Source: Bacteroidales bacterium
GTDB lineage: Bacteria > Bacteroidota > Bacteroidia > Bacteroidales > JBEPYD01
Length of the DNA stretch: 51,169 bases
NCBI GenBank assembly: GCA_041641575.1
Contig: JBEPYD010000003.1
Span: 1 to 51,169, forward strand
Direction: 5' to 3'
Shown one piece after another: positions 20,345-29,641 of the stretch. Each line of letters starts with the position of its first letter. Within the stretch, counting starts at the first letter, position 1. The position numbers and the translations under genes are program-made. The notes below the pieces were generated by a model. It was not told where the DNA came from and ran no database searches. It saw only the letters and a list, made by a program, of their open reading frames with translations.

Positions 20345-22864
20345 ATGTTGAATCCGAAAAAGTTAATTCAGAAAATAGGAAGGAAAGTTGTTTTAGGATT
20401 CGGAGTTTCGTTTATCGTACTGATTTTTATTGGCATTTACTCCTTTCAAAATCTTACCCGCCTAAAAACCAACACCCATGAGCTTGCAAATCCTAATGAG
20501 CTTGTGGTAACCTTGCAGCAGGTTATCTCCGATATTTCACATATTGAACGGGGTGTACTTTTGTATCTAAATACAGATGACCCTGATTATCTTTTTCCAT
20601 ATTATACTTATCCTGATTCGGTTGAACCAAAATTACGGAAGATAGATTCACTCACAGCTTCACTGGATGAGTATGAAACAAGAACTGATTCAATATTATA
20701 CCTGTACAGCCTGAAGAAAGATATTATGACCCTGCTTGTAGAGGTCGATAATAAAAAATTGAACAAGCTTTTTTACGATACCATAAAAAAAGAATTCCGG
20801 AAGCGAAAGAAAAAAAGGATAGCAAATCAAAATGAAAAAATTAACGAGCAGGAAAATTTATATAACAGAATTATAAAGCTTTTTAGTGAGAAAAAGAGCA
20901 GTTTTGAAGAGTTTACAGAATTAAATGTAACAGAAGAAACGGAACTCACACTGGACGATGTTATTGACATGATCGTAGGGTTCCCGGATTCCATGGCACA
21001 AGATGATCTGCGTTCTGTGGATTTTGTTTCCCGCCTTTTTGAAAAAGATAATGCCATTTCGCATGAAATAAGGACAATTGCCAACACTTTGCTTTTCGAG
21101 GAAATTATTAACCGTGAAAAACATAAAGAAAGAGCAGGCAGCATAGCACGCAAGTCGATCACAACCCTCAGCATTATAATTGGGTTAAATCTAATTCTTA
21201 TCTCCGTATTGTTGTGGCTGATTTTTAAAGATATATTTAAAAGCAGAAATTATCAGACAGAGCTTATAAAGGCACGGCAGGAAGCTGAACAGGCATCAGT
21301 ATTGAAAAGCAATTTTCTGGCAACCATGAGCCATGAAATCCGTACACCTTTAACCACCATTATAGGCTTTAATGATTTGCTGGCAAAATCTGATTTAAAC
21401 CCGGAGCAGAGAAATCATATAGCAGTGGTAGAATCGGCTTCAAACCATTTGTTAAAAGTAATAGATAAAATCCTTACCCTTTCCAAAATACAGGCAGGGC
21501 AGATTAACATAGAGAATAAGGCATTTAACCTGTCTGAATTGATGCATACCATTCATCATTCACTGAAATTTAATGCACAAGCAAAAGGTATTAACTTTTT
21601 TATTCATTGTCCGGACGTGAGAGAATTGTGGGTTTCAGGTGATTATATTCACGCCAGGCAAATACTTACAAATGTTATCAGCAATGCCATAAAATTTACT
21701 TCAAAAGGCTCTGTGGGTGTATTTTGTAGATTTAAAGAACCCGTACCTGGTAAAGTGTTAATGGAATTTCTCATTCGCGATAGTGGCATGGGAATTCCTG
21801 ATGAGAAAATTAACCAGATTTTTGCAGAATTTAATCAGATTGACATTACTGCCACACGCAAATACGGAGGTACAGGCCTGGGACTTACCATCAGCCAAAA
21901 GCTGGCAGAACTGATGGGAGGCAGCATTAAAGTAAAAAGTATCCCTGAAAAAGGCTCTACATTTATCATTACCCTTCCGTTTGAGAAAATTTCTGAAGAG
22001 GAATATCTTAAAGAAAAGAAACCTAAAGCCCCGGGTAATATGCAAATGCTAAAGCATATTACCGCCCTGGTTGTGGATGATGATGAAATAAATGCTACTT
22101 TAAGCCAGAAGGTTTTGCAAAATTTTGATATTGAAACGGATATGGTGCTCTTGCCCTTAGCTGCAATGGAGAAATTTAAGCAAAAGCATTTTGATGTGGT
22201 ACTGCTGGACATTCACATGCCTGAAATGAGTGGTTATGATGTTGCCAGTGCCATGCGGCAATGGGAAATAGATAATAACCTGGAGCCAGCAGTAATAATT
22301 GCCTTTACTGCAGATGTAATGCAAGATGACGTAAACAAATTTACCCGTTTTGGTATTTCCGGGTATATTGAGAAGCCCTTCAAAGAAAAAGATATTTACA
22401 ACATGCTATGTTATCATTTGGGGATTGACAACGAAATTCAGGATACTGCATGGGCACCGATAGGCATTGACCCTTCTAATGTTGAAGAAGAGGAAGGGGA
22501 GAAACTTGATGAAACGTATGACCTTGAGGAACTTAAACACGCCACCGGCGGAGACCAGGGTTTCTACTTAAAAATGCTGGGAACATTTATCGAAAATGCC
22601 GAAACCGGGAACAAAGAACTGCAGCATGCCATTGAAAATAAAGAATGGAATATGGCAGGAGAACAGGCACATAAATTAAAAACCATGCACCGGCACTTGC
22701 ACATGCATAATCTGGCCCGCTTTTATTTTCAGATTGAAACGCTTGCGCTCAAGGATAAGGAATACACAGAAATTAAAAACATCTTAGAAAAGATAGAACC
22801 TGTATCAAAGAAAATACTGGCCAGCCTAAAAGAAGAATTAGACAAAGCCAGTATAAAAGATTAA
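20345..22864 (+). CDS. Hybrid sensor histidine kinase / response regulator with C-terminal HPt domain
   Basis: 839 aa. Two TM segments flank an extracytoplasmic sensor region. H-box MSHEIRTPL. ATPase motifs DSGMGIP and GGTGLGL. Receiver domain (VVDDDEIN...LLDIHMPEMSGY). HPt-like AHKLKTMHRH. Confidence 0.9.
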   Translation: MLNPKKLIQKIGRKVVLGFGVSFIVLIFIGIYSFQNLTRLKTNTHELANPNELVVTLQQVISDISHIERGVLLYLNTDDPDYLFPYYTYPDSVEPKLRKIDSLTASLDEYETRTDSILYLYSLKKDIMTLLVEVDNKKLNKLFYDTIKKEFRKRKKKRIANQNEKINEQENLYNRIIKLFSEKKSSFEEFTELNVTEETELTLDDVIDMIVGFPDSMAQDDLRSVDFVSRLFEKDNAISHEIRTIANTLLFEEIINREKHKERAGSIARKSITTLSIIIGLNLILISVLLWLIFKDIFKSRNYQTELIKARQEAEQASVLKSNFLATMSHEIRTPLTTIIGFNDLLAKSDLNPEQRNHIAVVESASNHLLKVIDKILTLSKIQAGQINIENKAFNLSELMHTIHHSLKFNAQAKGINFFIHCPDVRELWVSGDYIHARQILTNVISNAIKFTSKGSVGVFCRFKEPVPGKVLMEFLIRDSGMGIPDEKINQIFAEFNQIDITATRKYGGTGLGLTISQKLAELMGGSIKVKSIPEKGSTFIITLPFEKISEEEYLKEKKPKAPGNMQMLKHITALVVDDDEINATLSQKVLQNFDIETDMVLLPLAAMEKFKQKHFDVVLLDIHMPEMSGYDVASAMRQWEIDNNLEPAVIIAFTADVMQDDVNKFTRFGISGYIEKPFKEKDIYNMLCYHLGIDNEIQDTAWAPIGIDPSNVEEEEGEKLDETYDLEELKHATGGDQGFYLKMLGTFIENAETGNKELQHAIENKEWNMAGEQAHKLKTMHRHLHMHNLARFYFQIETLALKDKEYTEIKNILEKIEPVSKKILASLKEELDKASIKD

Positions 22865-22875
22865 GTAAACCAGAC

Positions 22876-23661
22876 TTATTTTATTACAATTACCGCATTC
22901 GGGTCAATTACCCTAAAGGTGAATGATTCCGTAATAAATAATACAATTTCATTTATATTATGGGCCTCATAACCAATGGAGAAATCCTGCCCCAGCGTTA
23001 ATTCAAAATCTCCTCCCCTTTCACTGATAAGGAAGTTCTCCTGAATGTTTGTATTTAGAATAACCTTCCCGGATAATAAATTTTCCAATTGTTTCAAAAT
23101 CGGATATCCACGCATATTTCCTGAAATTCTTTTATAGGTTTCGCTGTTTACCACAAGCGTGTAAGGACCTTCTACACCGGCATTTTTAAAGTTTATAATA
23201 CCTTCGCTAACAGTAGCAGCAAATTCTTCTGCTACATCAGTAAATGCAAGTTCAGGATGCTCTGTTGCTTTCTTTAAACCATTGATATGGGCTATACCAT
23301 AATAGATGGCATTCTCCTCAAATTTCGCAATTTTGCGGGCAGCTTCTTCAAGTGGTTCAAGTTCAGGGTCCTTGCTGCCGCGTTCAATATTGTCTAATTC
23401 CCATGTATTGAGTTTAAACTGTATTCTGGGTTCAACTAATGGGGAAACCTGGTGTATTCCATATTTTACGTCACCTTGCTGTTTATCAGGTAAACTTAAT
23501 TTGCCCATAGGTACAGAGGCAAAACTCAATCCATGAGGGCCTTTAACATCTACAAACTGGCGTCCTGTAAGTGTGGGTTTAATAATATCTATTGCAGTGT
23601 CGTTTATTTCTTCCCAGGCTTTTGCCGTTATGGGAGCTAAACTTCTTTTGAAAATATCCAT
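22876..23661 (-). CDS. Family 1 encapsulin nanocompartment shell protein (HK97 fold; linocin M18-like)
   Basis: 261 aa. Alignable by eye along its length to the Thermotoga maritima encapsulin as I recall it: F(L/K)RS(F/L)AP(L/I)T.K.W.EI, FVDV.GP.G, WELDN(L/I)ERG, GPYTLV(I/V)N, SERGGDF(K/E)L.LGQD(L/F)SIGYE, LFITE(T/S)FTF.V. Confidence 0.93.
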   Translation of the reverse strand: MDIFKRSLAPITAKAWEEINDTAIDIIKPTLTGRQFVDVKGPHGLSFASVPMGKLSLPDKQQGDVKYGIHQVSPLVEPRIQFKLNTWELDNIERGSKDPELEPLEEAARKIAKFEENAIYYGIAHINGLKKATEHPELAFTDVAEEFAATVSEGIINFKNAGVEGPYTLVVNSETYKRISGNMRGYPILKQLENLLSGKVILNTNIQENFLISERGGDFELTLGQDFSIGYEAHNINEIVLFITESFTFRVIDPNAVIVIK

Positions 23662-23697
23662 ATTGTACTAATCTTTTTTATGATTTAAAAAATGTAT

Positions 23698-24045
23698 TTA
23701 CTTGCCAATGCCAAGGCTACCATTATCTTTGGATGCATCGTCATCATCCTCTTCATGTTCCTCTTCGGCATGAGCAATATCGCCTTCAGTAAACAAATAA
23801 TTCCGTAACTCTTCATCCCAACCTGGCATATTACGTCGTAACCATTCAAGAGTCATGCAGGCATGCTCTATTTCCTCATCGCGGTTATGCGCCAGGATAG
23901 ATTTTAATGCTTCATCACTTGAAGCATCTACACGTTGCTGGTACCAGTCAACAGCTTCAATCTCTTCTTTGAGACTGTTTAAAGCCCTTACATAGTTACG
24001 TGTCTCAGCACTGAGTTCATTAATTGGTTCATGATAATCTGACAT
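23698..24045 (-). CDS. Encapsulated ferritin (EncFtn) cargo protein with C-terminal encapsulin targeting peptide
   Basis: 115 aa. EEIEAVDWYQQRVDAS...ILAHNRDEEIEHACMTLEWLRR closely matches the Rhodospirillum rubrum EncFtn core, including the E..EExxH ferroxidase ligands. An acidic linker (EEEHEEDDDD) precedes the terminal GSLGIGK targeting motif. Lies 36 nt upstream of the shell gene. Confidence 0.92.
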   Translation of the reverse strand: MSDYHEPINELSAETRNYVRALNSLKEEIEAVDWYQQRVDASSDEALKSILAHNRDEEIEHACMTLEWLRRNMPGWDEELRNYLFTEGDIAHAEEEHEEDDDDASKDNGSLGIGK

Positions 24046-24072
24046 AGAAATAAATTTTTGTTTTGAATTATG

Positions 24073-24993
24073 TTATTTAAATAGGTTGATTAACCAACTT
24101 TTTTTAATCTCTTCAGACGTTTCTGTTATTTCAACAATCCCTTTATTTAAATTGTTTAATGTAACGCTGATGCTGTCAGCGAAGGTGCTATCTGCTAACA
24201 ATTTGTGAACCGTTCCATCACCACTGGCAGCCATTTCTGCTATGGTATTAAGTTTTGCAGATACCGATTCAAGCTTAACAGTTATATCATTGATGTTATC
24301 TGTGGTTTTTACGATTTCTGCCGTTATGGTAGTGTCATTTACGAGCCGCCCCAGATCACCTTCACCCGTATTTATTTTTTCTGTAATCCGGTTAAAATCA
24401 TTCATGGCAACATTGGCATCGCGTATTACACTTCGCAACTCTTCTGCAATAATGGTATCGTTAAATAATGTGCCAAACATTCCGTCGCCCCTGTTTATCT
24501 TTTTAGTAATCTGGTATAATCCTTCAGACAAATCAGAGATATTTTTGGCTGCATTTTCCACCTCATTAAATATATCATTTAACTCAACCGATTGTGTGGT
24601 GGGGAGCACCTCCCCGGGCTTTATAGCTTCGGAAATGTTCTTCCCCGGCGAAATCAGTACCAGCTTATTACCCATTAATCCTTCGGTTCCAATGCTTGCC
24701 TGGGAGGTTTCTTTGATAAACTGTTGCAGATCGCTGTCAATGGAAAGCTCTACTTTTACCGTGGTATCTGTAAGGATTTCAATATCGGATATAGTTCCAA
24801 TGTTTATGCCTGAAAACCGGACATTATTCCCAACCTGCAAACCTTTTACATCAGAAAAAACAGCATAAACCTTCATGGTACTGCCAAAAAGGTTACGTTC
24901 CTTGCCCAGGAAATATACTACAAAGGCAAAAAACACGATGCCAAGTGTGATAAAAAGGCCAAGTTTAATATTGTGTACTTTTCTTTGTTTCAT
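24073..24993 (-). CDS. MlaD/MCE-family substrate-binding protein of an Mla-like ABC transporter
   Basis: 306 aa. N-terminal TM anchor and MCE domain (V.GLQVGN.VRFSGI.IG.I). The helical C-terminus carries three G.G.(F/L)G.L.ND-type repeats. Confidence 0.85.
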   Translation of the reverse strand: MKQRKVHNIKLGLFITLGIVFFAFVVYFLGKERNLFGSTMKVYAVFSDVKGLQVGNNVRFSGINIGTISDIEILTDTTVKVELSIDSDLQQFIKETSQASIGTEGLMGNKLVLISPGKNISEAIKPGEVLPTTQSVELNDIFNEVENAAKNISDLSEGLYQITKKINRGDGMFGTLFNDTIIAEELRSVIRDANVAMNDFNRITEKINTGEGDLGRLVNDTTITAEIVKTTDNINDITVKLESVSAKLNTIAEMAASGDGTVHKLLADSTFADSISVTLNNLNKGIVEITETSEEIKKSWLINLFK

Positions 24994-25164
24994 ATGGTTA
25001 AATTCTTTAAGATATATTTATGAGTTCTTGTATTCATACTATCGCCTAAATCGACTGCAGAAATACAAAGCAAACTCTTCTTCATTATAAATGTTCTTTT
25101 TCGGTTATTATCTTCATGAGTATAAGGTTTTATATATTTTATTTTATGATGTTCTGATAGTATT

Positions 25165-25932
25165 CTATGTAAAGTAAGCCCTTATTTCTGCATCATCTGA
25201 ATTACTTAGTTCGTCGTATGAGCCTTGTGCCGAAATAACACCATCACGGATAATCATGATATGGTTTGCCGTCATTCTTGCACACTTCATGTCATGTGTA
25301 ATGGTGATGGAAGTTGTATCATACTTCTCTTTAATGTCCAGCATCAGCTCACTGATCTCCTGGCCGGTTACAGGATCAAGTCCGGTAGTAGGTTCATCAT
25401 ACAATATAATGTCAGGTTTCAAAATAAGTGTTCGTGCCAGCCCCACCCGTTTCTTCATCCCACCCGATAATTCCGAGGGTACTTTATCAATCGACTTTTC
25501 AAGGCCAACACTTTTGAGTACATCCACTACCATTGCCTCCACTTCATCAGAATTTTTTGAAAAAAGGGTTCGCCTTACCGGGAAGGCCAGGTTTTCACGC
25601 ACCGTCATCGAATCGTAAAGTGCACCACCCTGAAACAGGTAACCGATGCGCTTGCGCAAAGTATTAATTTCATCTTCTTCAAGTGTTGAGACCTCTTCAC
25701 CCAGTACAAACGCTCTGCCCGATGTTATGGAATACAGGCCAACAATGCACTTTATCAACACAGATTTACCAATACCTGATTTTCCAAGCACCACAAGATT
25801 CTGGCTCTTTTTAACTTTTAAATTGATGTCTTTAAGCACGACATTTGATCCAAAAGCCTTTTTAAGGTGATCTACTACAATAAGATCATCACCATCTTCA
25901 AATTCCTTATTTAAAAACTGATCTATATCCAC
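25165..25932 (-). CDS. ABC transporter ATP-binding protein (MlaF-like)
   Basis: 255 aa. Walker A GKSGIGKS, signature LSGGMKKR, Walker B ILYDEPTTGLD, H-loop ITHD. Confidence 0.93.
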   Translation of the reverse strand: MDIDQFLNKEFEDGDDLIVVDHLKKAFGSNVVLKDINLKVKKSQNLVVLGKSGIGKSVLIKCIVGLYSITSGRAFVLGEEVSTLEEDEINTLRKRIGYLFQGGALYDSMTVRENLAFPVRRTLFSKNSDEVEAMVVDVLKSVGLEKSIDKVPSELSGGMKKRVGLARTLILKPDIILYDEPTTGLDPVTGQEISELMLDIKEKYDTTSITITHDMKCARMTANHIMIIRDGVISAQGSYDELSNSDDAEIRAYFT

Positions 25933-25936
25933 TATT

Positions 25937-26767
25937 TTAAAATATTACACCAATTAAACTGGTTATTTGCACAGCAAGTAAATCTATAATAAAAATTGCC
26001 AGAGATGAGGCAACTACTGCAGAGTTTGCAGACATTCCCACCCCTTCTGTTCCTGAATTTGAATAATAGCCTTTAAAACACCCGATAATACCCACGGCAA
26101 AGCCAAAGAAGAACGTTTTAATGGTTGCAGGTATAATATCCCTGAAGGATAAGGCATCAAATGCCTGATAAAAAAACAGCTTCAGCGAAACATCATCATT
26201 AATGTTAACTGCCAGATAAGATCCATAAAGGGCCAGTGCATCAGCAAAAAACACCAGTATTGGAAGCATCAGAGTGGTGGAAATAACGCGTGTAACCACA
26301 ATAAACTTCATTGGGTTAGTGCCTGAAACCTCCATGGCATCAATCTGCTCAGTTACCCGCATGGATCCTAATTCTGCACCTATGCTGCTACCAACCTTGC
26401 CTGCAAATATTAAAGCGGTTATCACAGGCCCTATTTCCATTATAATGGAAACAGCCACCATACCAGGCAACCACGATTCCGCACCAAATTCTGCAAGTAC
26501 CGGCCTGGACTGCAGGGTCAAAACCATACCCATGATGAACCCTGTAATGGCCACCAGCCCCAGCGAACGGAAACCCACAATGTAGGCCTGGCGCAAAAGC
26601 TCTTTGTTCTCGAAAGGCATACGTCCAAAATTCCGAAAAAAGGATCCTGTAAAACGCGTAATTTCGGCAACCTCAATCAGAAATTCCGTAACCCAATCGG
26701 GTATGGAAAGCATGGTTCTGTCGAACCAGCCAAATTCTTTATTATTATTTTCTTTTTCTTTGCTCAT
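25937..26767 (-). CDS. MlaE-family ABC transporter permease
   Basis: Multi-TM protein with MlaE-like segments (GAE.GSMRVTEQIDA(M/L)E..G). I chose the ATG at 26767; an in-frame GTG at 26794 is the ORF-track start. Its stop is 4 nt from the ATPase start. Confidence 0.88.
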   Translation of the reverse strand: MSKEKENNNKEFGWFDRTMLSIPDWVTEFLIEVAEITRFTGSFFRNFGRMPFENKELLRQAYIVGFRSLGLVAITGFIMGMVLTLQSRPVLAEFGAESWLPGMVAVSIIMEIGPVITALIFAGKVGSSIGAELGSMRVTEQIDAMEVSGTNPMKFIVVTRVISTTLMLPILVFFADALALYGSYLAVNINDDVSLKLFFYQAFDALSFRDIIPATIKTFFFGFAVGIIGCFKGYYSNSGTEGVGMSANSAVVASSLAIFIIDLLAVQITSLIGVIF

Positions 26768-26802
26768 GTTAAATGTGGGGAAATTAATTCCCACTTTGTG
26801 TA

Positions 26803-27882
26803 TTATGTTGCTTCTATACCTGTTTTATTTTCCATTTCCACTCTGGTTCTGGGCAATGCATCCTGGTGATTCTTCTGTAAATAATCAATAAGCTTTTCAC
26901 GCACATGAACCCTCAGATCCCATGCTGTAGGACTGTCGGGAGCACTCATGAGCGCACGCAATTCCATTGATTTTTCAGTTGCATTGGTTACCTGCAGTAC
27001 ATTCACTTTTTTATCCCATAAGGGAGTGGCATTTAATATTTTAGTAAGTTCATTTCTAATTGCGTCAACCTTTGTTGTATAGTCTGTATATATATAAACT
27101 GTGCCAAGAATATCTGCCGACACACGGGTCCAGTTTTCAAATGGTTTTTCTATAAAATATGTAATGGGTACAATTAACCTTCTTTTGTCCCATATTCTTA
27201 TCACTACATAAGTAAGTGCAATTTCTTCTATCCATCCCCACTCATCTTCTACAATTACAACATCATCGAGCCGGATGGGTTGGGTTATGGCAATCTGGAA
27301 ACCGGCAAGTATGGTGGCCAGGCTTTTTTGTGCAGCAAAACCAATGATGATGCCCGCTATGCCCGCAGAAGCAAGTAAATTCACACCTACCTGACGTATT
27401 TTTTCAAATGTCATCAATGCACTGGAAAGCGCGATTACAATGATTACAAAAATTAAGATTCGCCTGAATACCCTCAACTGCGTAGTTACCTTTCTGGCGC
27501 GTAAGTTGTCTTTTGCTTCAATGTCATAATTGCTGATAAGCATTCCCTGAATTACCCCGAGCAAATTTATCATCACCCAGGCAAGGCTAAAAATGAAGAA
27601 AAGAATAATGGCCTGATTAATGTGACCTAACACAGGTTCTTTAAATTCTGTGGCCGGTAGCAGGAAACCAAGTGCTATGGAGATAAACAGGAACAGCGTA
27701 GGCTTCTTTTCCTTCCGAATCAGATGCGCATTTGTGCCATCATCATGCCTTAGAAATATCCTCCGCATAAGAAAAACCAGAATGGTGTGGATAAGCACAG
27801 CAATTATAACCCCTGCACCTAAAATTGCAAGAGAAGACCAGGGATGATCAAAATCAAAATTCTCATTTATAAGCTCTGCCAT
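26803..27882 (-). CDS. Mechanosensitive ion channel protein, MscS family
   Basis: 359 aa. N-terminal TM helices and a pore-lining helix (AGIAGIIIGFAAQ..L....GFQI), followed by the beta domain (I.L.D.V...)..G.IEEI.L. Confidence 0.88.
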   Translation of the reverse strand: MAELINENFDFDHPWSSLAILGAGVIIAVLIHTILVFLMRRIFLRHDDGTNAHLIRKEKKPTLFLFISIALGFLLPATEFKEPVLGHINQAIILFFIFSLAWVMINLLGVIQGMLISNYDIEAKDNLRARKVTTQLRVFRRILIFVIIVIALSSALMTFEKIRQVGVNLLASAGIAGIIIGFAAQKSLATILAGFQIAITQPIRLDDVVIVEDEWGWIEEIALTYVVIRIWDKRRLIVPITYFIEKPFENWTRVSADILGTVYIYTDYTTKVDAIRNELTKILNATPLWDKKVNVLQVTNATEKSMELRALMSAPDSPTAWDLRVHVREKLIDYLQKNHQDALPRTRVEMENKTGIEAT

Positions 27883-27898
27883 GCATTGAATCTTTAAA

Positions 27899-28771
27899 TC
27901 AGGTTGATGATTTTTTCTTTAAAAAAGATTTTTCATGAAAAACAAGCACGGGTAATTTTGTGTTCAACACCAACTCTTTAGTAGAACTGCTTGAAAATAG
28001 CTCCTTCCAGAATCCATGATTCTCTTTCAGGATACCAATTAGATCGGCCTTAAGCTCTGTAGCCACTTGTTCAATTGTATCTACAATATCATCTCCTTTT
28101 CGCATTTGCAGATTAATGTTCGTGTAATTGCATTTTTCCTGTACCATTTCTTCAAAACCCTTCTCACTTAATTTGTTCTTGAAACTTTTATCATTGCTGA
28201 TGTGCAGGGCAGTAATCTTAGAATTAAAAATTCTTGCCAAATCAGAAAGTCTTTGCAAGGATCCGATATCAGCTTCATTATAATTTGTTGCGTAAACGAT
28301 TCTTTGCAGTTCAGAATAAGCTGAAGAAGGAGGAACTATAAATACGGGACATCGTGCATCCTCTATAATGGTTTCGTTTCGGTCGCTGATGAGCCGGTCG
28401 AGAAAACTTTTCTCTGTTCTGCCGGTAAGTAAAATCAGATCATATTCATCACCATTTGAGAGTTCTATTATTCTATCGGCAAAAATTCCTGTTTCCAACC
28501 GGGTATCCAGTGCCACATCTTCCCCAAATTCTTTTTTTATTTTTGGTACAAATTCTTTAAACTGTGTTTCAGCCACTTCCTTAAGCTGCAAAAGATCGGG
28601 CACATACGGGGCTACACCAGTGGTTTCATGGTAATCAGTTGTGTACCTGCTCAAATCAACAACATACACCAGTGTAACAGCCTTATTCATAGACTGGCCA
28701 AGATGAATACCATACTTTACCGTATTCACGCTCTTTTCACTAAAGTCGGTTGGAATAAGTATTTTTTTCAT
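27899..28771 (-). CDS. Tandem-domain universal stress protein (UspA family)
   Basis: 290 aa. Two Usp-like halves, each starting (K)ILIPTDFS / IVYATNY and ending with a ...PV(F/L)(I/V).. strand plus a DLI..G region. Confidence 0.85.
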   Translation of the reverse strand: MKKILIPTDFSEKSVNTVKYGIHLGQSMNKAVTLVYVVDLSRYTTDYHETTGVAPYVPDLLQLKEVAETQFKEFVPKIKKEFGEDVALDTRLETGIFADRIIELSNGDEYDLILLTGRTEKSFLDRLISDRNETIIEDARCPVFIVPPSSAYSELQRIVYATNYNEADIGSLQRLSDLARIFNSKITALHISNDKSFKNKLSEKGFEEMVQEKCNYTNINLQMRKGDDIVDTIEQVATELKADLIGILKENHGFWKELFSSSSTKELVLNTKLPVLVFHEKSFLKKKSST

Positions 28772-28805
28772 TTTCGTGCTGGTTTATGTTGACTGTAAAA
28801 TTCTT

Positions 28806-28846
28806 ATAAAAAAACAAAACCGGCCATAAAAGCCGGCATGTTTTTC
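28806..28846 (-). terminator. Bidirectional-looking rho-independent terminator downstream of the YtxH trio
   Basis: ccggc (28820-28824), loop cataaaa, gccgg (28832-28836). An A-run on the low-coordinate side gives a U-run for minus-strand transcripts. A T-run lies on the other side. Confidence 0.6.
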
Positions 28847-29004
28847 TTTCAATTATCTTTTTAACTATATTTGTTTGCTAACCCAGCATAACAAATACTG
28901 TAAATTCTTAAAACAAACAGCTTAAAAAATATTACACTCCGGCTTTGGAATATTTTATCTCTTTTTGCTGTTTCGATGTTATAAGGACTAAACCCTGATA
29001 TTCA

Positions 29005-29256
29005 TTACAGGTTCGGTAGCAATCGCAAAACCATTCTCGGAAACCACCGGCTTTTTGTAAGAACTCTTAAAAGGGAAAAAACAAAAAATCGATTTCGTAA
29101 AGCAAGCATAATATCGCCACTAGTTGACCGGAATTCTCCCGGAAATACTTTGGTCTCATTTTTAAGCTTCTCATGGTATATTGTTGCTTCATACCGGAGT
29201 TTTTGCTTCTCAAGATGAATATCTTTAAACGTTCTTATTTTTGATGCTTTACTCAT
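29005..29256 (-). CDS. Small hypothetical protein (83 aa), translationally coupled to the upstream gene
   Basis: Its ATG overlaps the upstream stop (TAATG at 29254-29258, minus strand). N-terminal coiled segment and a basic hydrophobic C-terminus. I recognise no family. Confidence 0.45.
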   Translation of the reverse strand: MSKASKIRTFKDIHLEKQKLRYEATIYHEKLKNETKVFPGEFRSTSGDIMLALRNRFFVFSLLRVLTKSRWFPRMVLRLLPNL

Positions 29257-29633
29257 TATAATTTCTTCTCGATGGGTTTTTCATCTTCCTCAAAAATTAT
29301 TTGAGACAGGTTTTTTATTATGGGGCGTGCGATCACAGTTTTTCGAAATATAAAAATCACAATGCCTAATAACAAATAAAAGCCTGCTACAATTATAAAA
29401 CTAGTGGCCAAGCTCCCGTATTTATCAGCATACCAGAATGCAAATCCAAATGATAGAAACATCAGGCAGAAAGCAAATACCGTAATTAAAATCAGAGACC
29501 CGAGAAAATAAGATCCAGCTTTTGAAAGCTTTTCAAGAAGAAGTAAACGCCAAAGATCTACTTTGGCTAAAAGAAAAGACTGGGCCAGATCAAAGATTTC
29601 TGCAACGTTTTTGGTTAGTCCTCTTTTTGTCAT
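29256..29633 (-). CDS. DUF1469 / holin-X (Phage_holin_3_6)-family two-TM membrane protein (YqjE-like)
   Basis: 125 aa. N-terminal amphipathic helix (LAKVDLWRLLLLEKLSKAG) followed by two long TM helices. This architecture is typical of the family usually annotated as phage holin family protein. Confidence 0.6.
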   Translation of the reverse strand: MTKRGLTKNVAEIFDLAQSFLLAKVDLWRLLLLEKLSKAGSYFLGSLILITVFAFCLMFLSFGFAFWYADKYGSLATSFIIVAGFYLLLGIVIFIFRKTVIARPIIKNLSQIIFEEDEKPIEKKL

Positions 29634-29641
29634 TAATTGTA

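Noticed and set aside
24242-24868. 208-aa plus-strand ORF (and the 87-aa ORF at 24205-24468) antisense to mlaD
   Set aside because: It lies entirely inside a well-supported MCE-family gene on the opposite strand. Its S/T/V/F-rich composition has no recognisable motifs. This is a typical shadow ORF.
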